Of a DNA stretch of 64,000 bases, positions 62,803-64,000 are shown one piece after another. Source of the stretch: Somniosus microcephalus (Eukaryota). The notes under the pieces are model-generated. The model did not search any database. It was not told the origin of the DNA and was given only the letters and a program-made list of their open reading frames with translations. Numbering within the stretch: position 1 is the first letter of the stretch; each line of letters opens with the position of its first letter. The position numbers and the translations under genes were made by a program. The DNA lies in assembly GCA_052327205.1 (NCBI GenBank), contig CM126203.1:313658001-313722000 (forward strand). Reading direction: 5' to 3'.

Positions 62803-64000
62803 CCTGCCACCCAGCTCCTGCCACCAACTCCTGCCACTCAGCTCCTGCCACCCAGCTCCTGCCACCCAGCTCCTGCCACTTAATTCTTGCCACCTAGTTC
62901 CTGCCACCCAGCTCCTGCCACTTAATTCTTGCCACCTAGTTCCTGCCACCTAGCTCCTACCACCCAGCTCCTGCCACCTAGCTCCTACCACCCAGCTCCT
63001 GCCACCTAGCTCCTGCCACCCAGCTCCTGCCGCCTAGCTCCTACCACTCAGCTCCTGCCACCCAGTTCCTGCCACCTAGCTCCTACCACCCAGCTCCTGC
63101 CACCTAGCTCCTACCACCCAGCTCCTGCCACCCAGCTCCTACCACCTAGCTCCTGCCGCCTAGCTCCTACCACCTAGCTCCTGCCGCCTAGCTCCTACCA
63201 CCTAGCTCCTACCACCCAGCTCCTACCACCCAGCTCCTACCACCTAGCTCCTGCCGCCTAGCTCCTGCCACCCAGCTCCTGCCGCCTAGCTCCTACCACC
63301 CAGCTCCTGCCACCTAGCTCCTACCACCCAGCTCCTACCACCCAGCTCCTGCCACCTAGCTCCTGCCGCCTAGCTCCTACCACCCAGCTCCTACCACCTA
63401 GCTCCTACCACCTAGCTCCTACCACCCAGCTCCTGCCGCCTAGCTCCTACCACCCAGCTCCTACCACCCAGCTCCTGCCACCTAGCTCCTACCACCCAGC
63501 TCCTGCCGCCTAGCTCCTACCACCCAGCTCCTACCACCCAGCTCCTGCCACCTAGCTCCTACCACCCAGCTCCTGCCACCTAGCTCCTACCACCCAGCTC
63601 CTACCACCCAGCTCCTGCCACCTAGCTCCTACCACCCAGCTCCTGCCGCCTAGCTCCTACCACCCAGCTCCTGCCACCCAGCTCCTGCCACCCAGCTCCT
63701 ACCACCCAGCTCCTGCCACCCAGCTCCTGCCACCCAGCTCCTACCACCCAGCTCCTGCCACCTAGTTCCTGCCACCCAGCTCCTGCCACCCAGCTCCTGC
63801 CACCCAGCTCCTGCCACCTAGCTCCTACCACCCAGCTCCTGCCACCTAGCTCCTGCCACCTAGCTCCTACCACCCAGCTCCTGCCGCCTAGCTCCTACCA
63901 CCCAGCTCCTGCCACCCAGCTCCTGCCACCCAGCTCCTGCCACCTAGCTCCTGCCACCTAGCTCCTACCACCCAGCTCCTGCCACCCAGCTCCTGCCACC
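62803..64000. repeat. 14-bp minisatellite, consensus GCTCCTRCCRCCYA, running off the window end
   Basis: About 85 tandem units read directly. Confidence 0.95.

Noticed and set aside
62803-64000. CRISPR-like array or repetitive protein gene
   Set aside because: No unique spacers; the 14-bp period is not a multiple of three and stops are frequent.

Overview
Repeat-dense, apparently non-genic vertebrate DNA, most likely from a shark. That inference rests on abundant CR1 and L2 LINEs, SacSINE1-like Deu-domain SINEs, a Penelope element and GC-rich Harbinger-type MITEs. No resident host gene was recognised. There are three Ty3/Gypsy LTR elements, all on the minus strand. One (56978-61699) is a conventional but decayed gag-pol element. 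The other two (9182-11760 and 20339-23945) are young, structurally complete and unrelated to each other. In both, RT/RNaseH/integrase are missing and replaced by host protein-coding fragments fused in frame behind an intact Gag-protease. The first carries RALBP1; the second carries STK10(/SLK), optineurin and a DNAJC21 zinc finger. This recurring Gag-PR-host-cargo architecture is the main candidate novel system. Secondary signals are short Penelope-tail insertions bearing minimal hammerhead ribozyme motifs, deep TE nesting, and a 14-bp minisatellite at the end. Host-protein assignments come from my recall of vertebrate sequences and need BLAST confirmation. Boundaries of old repeats are approximate.
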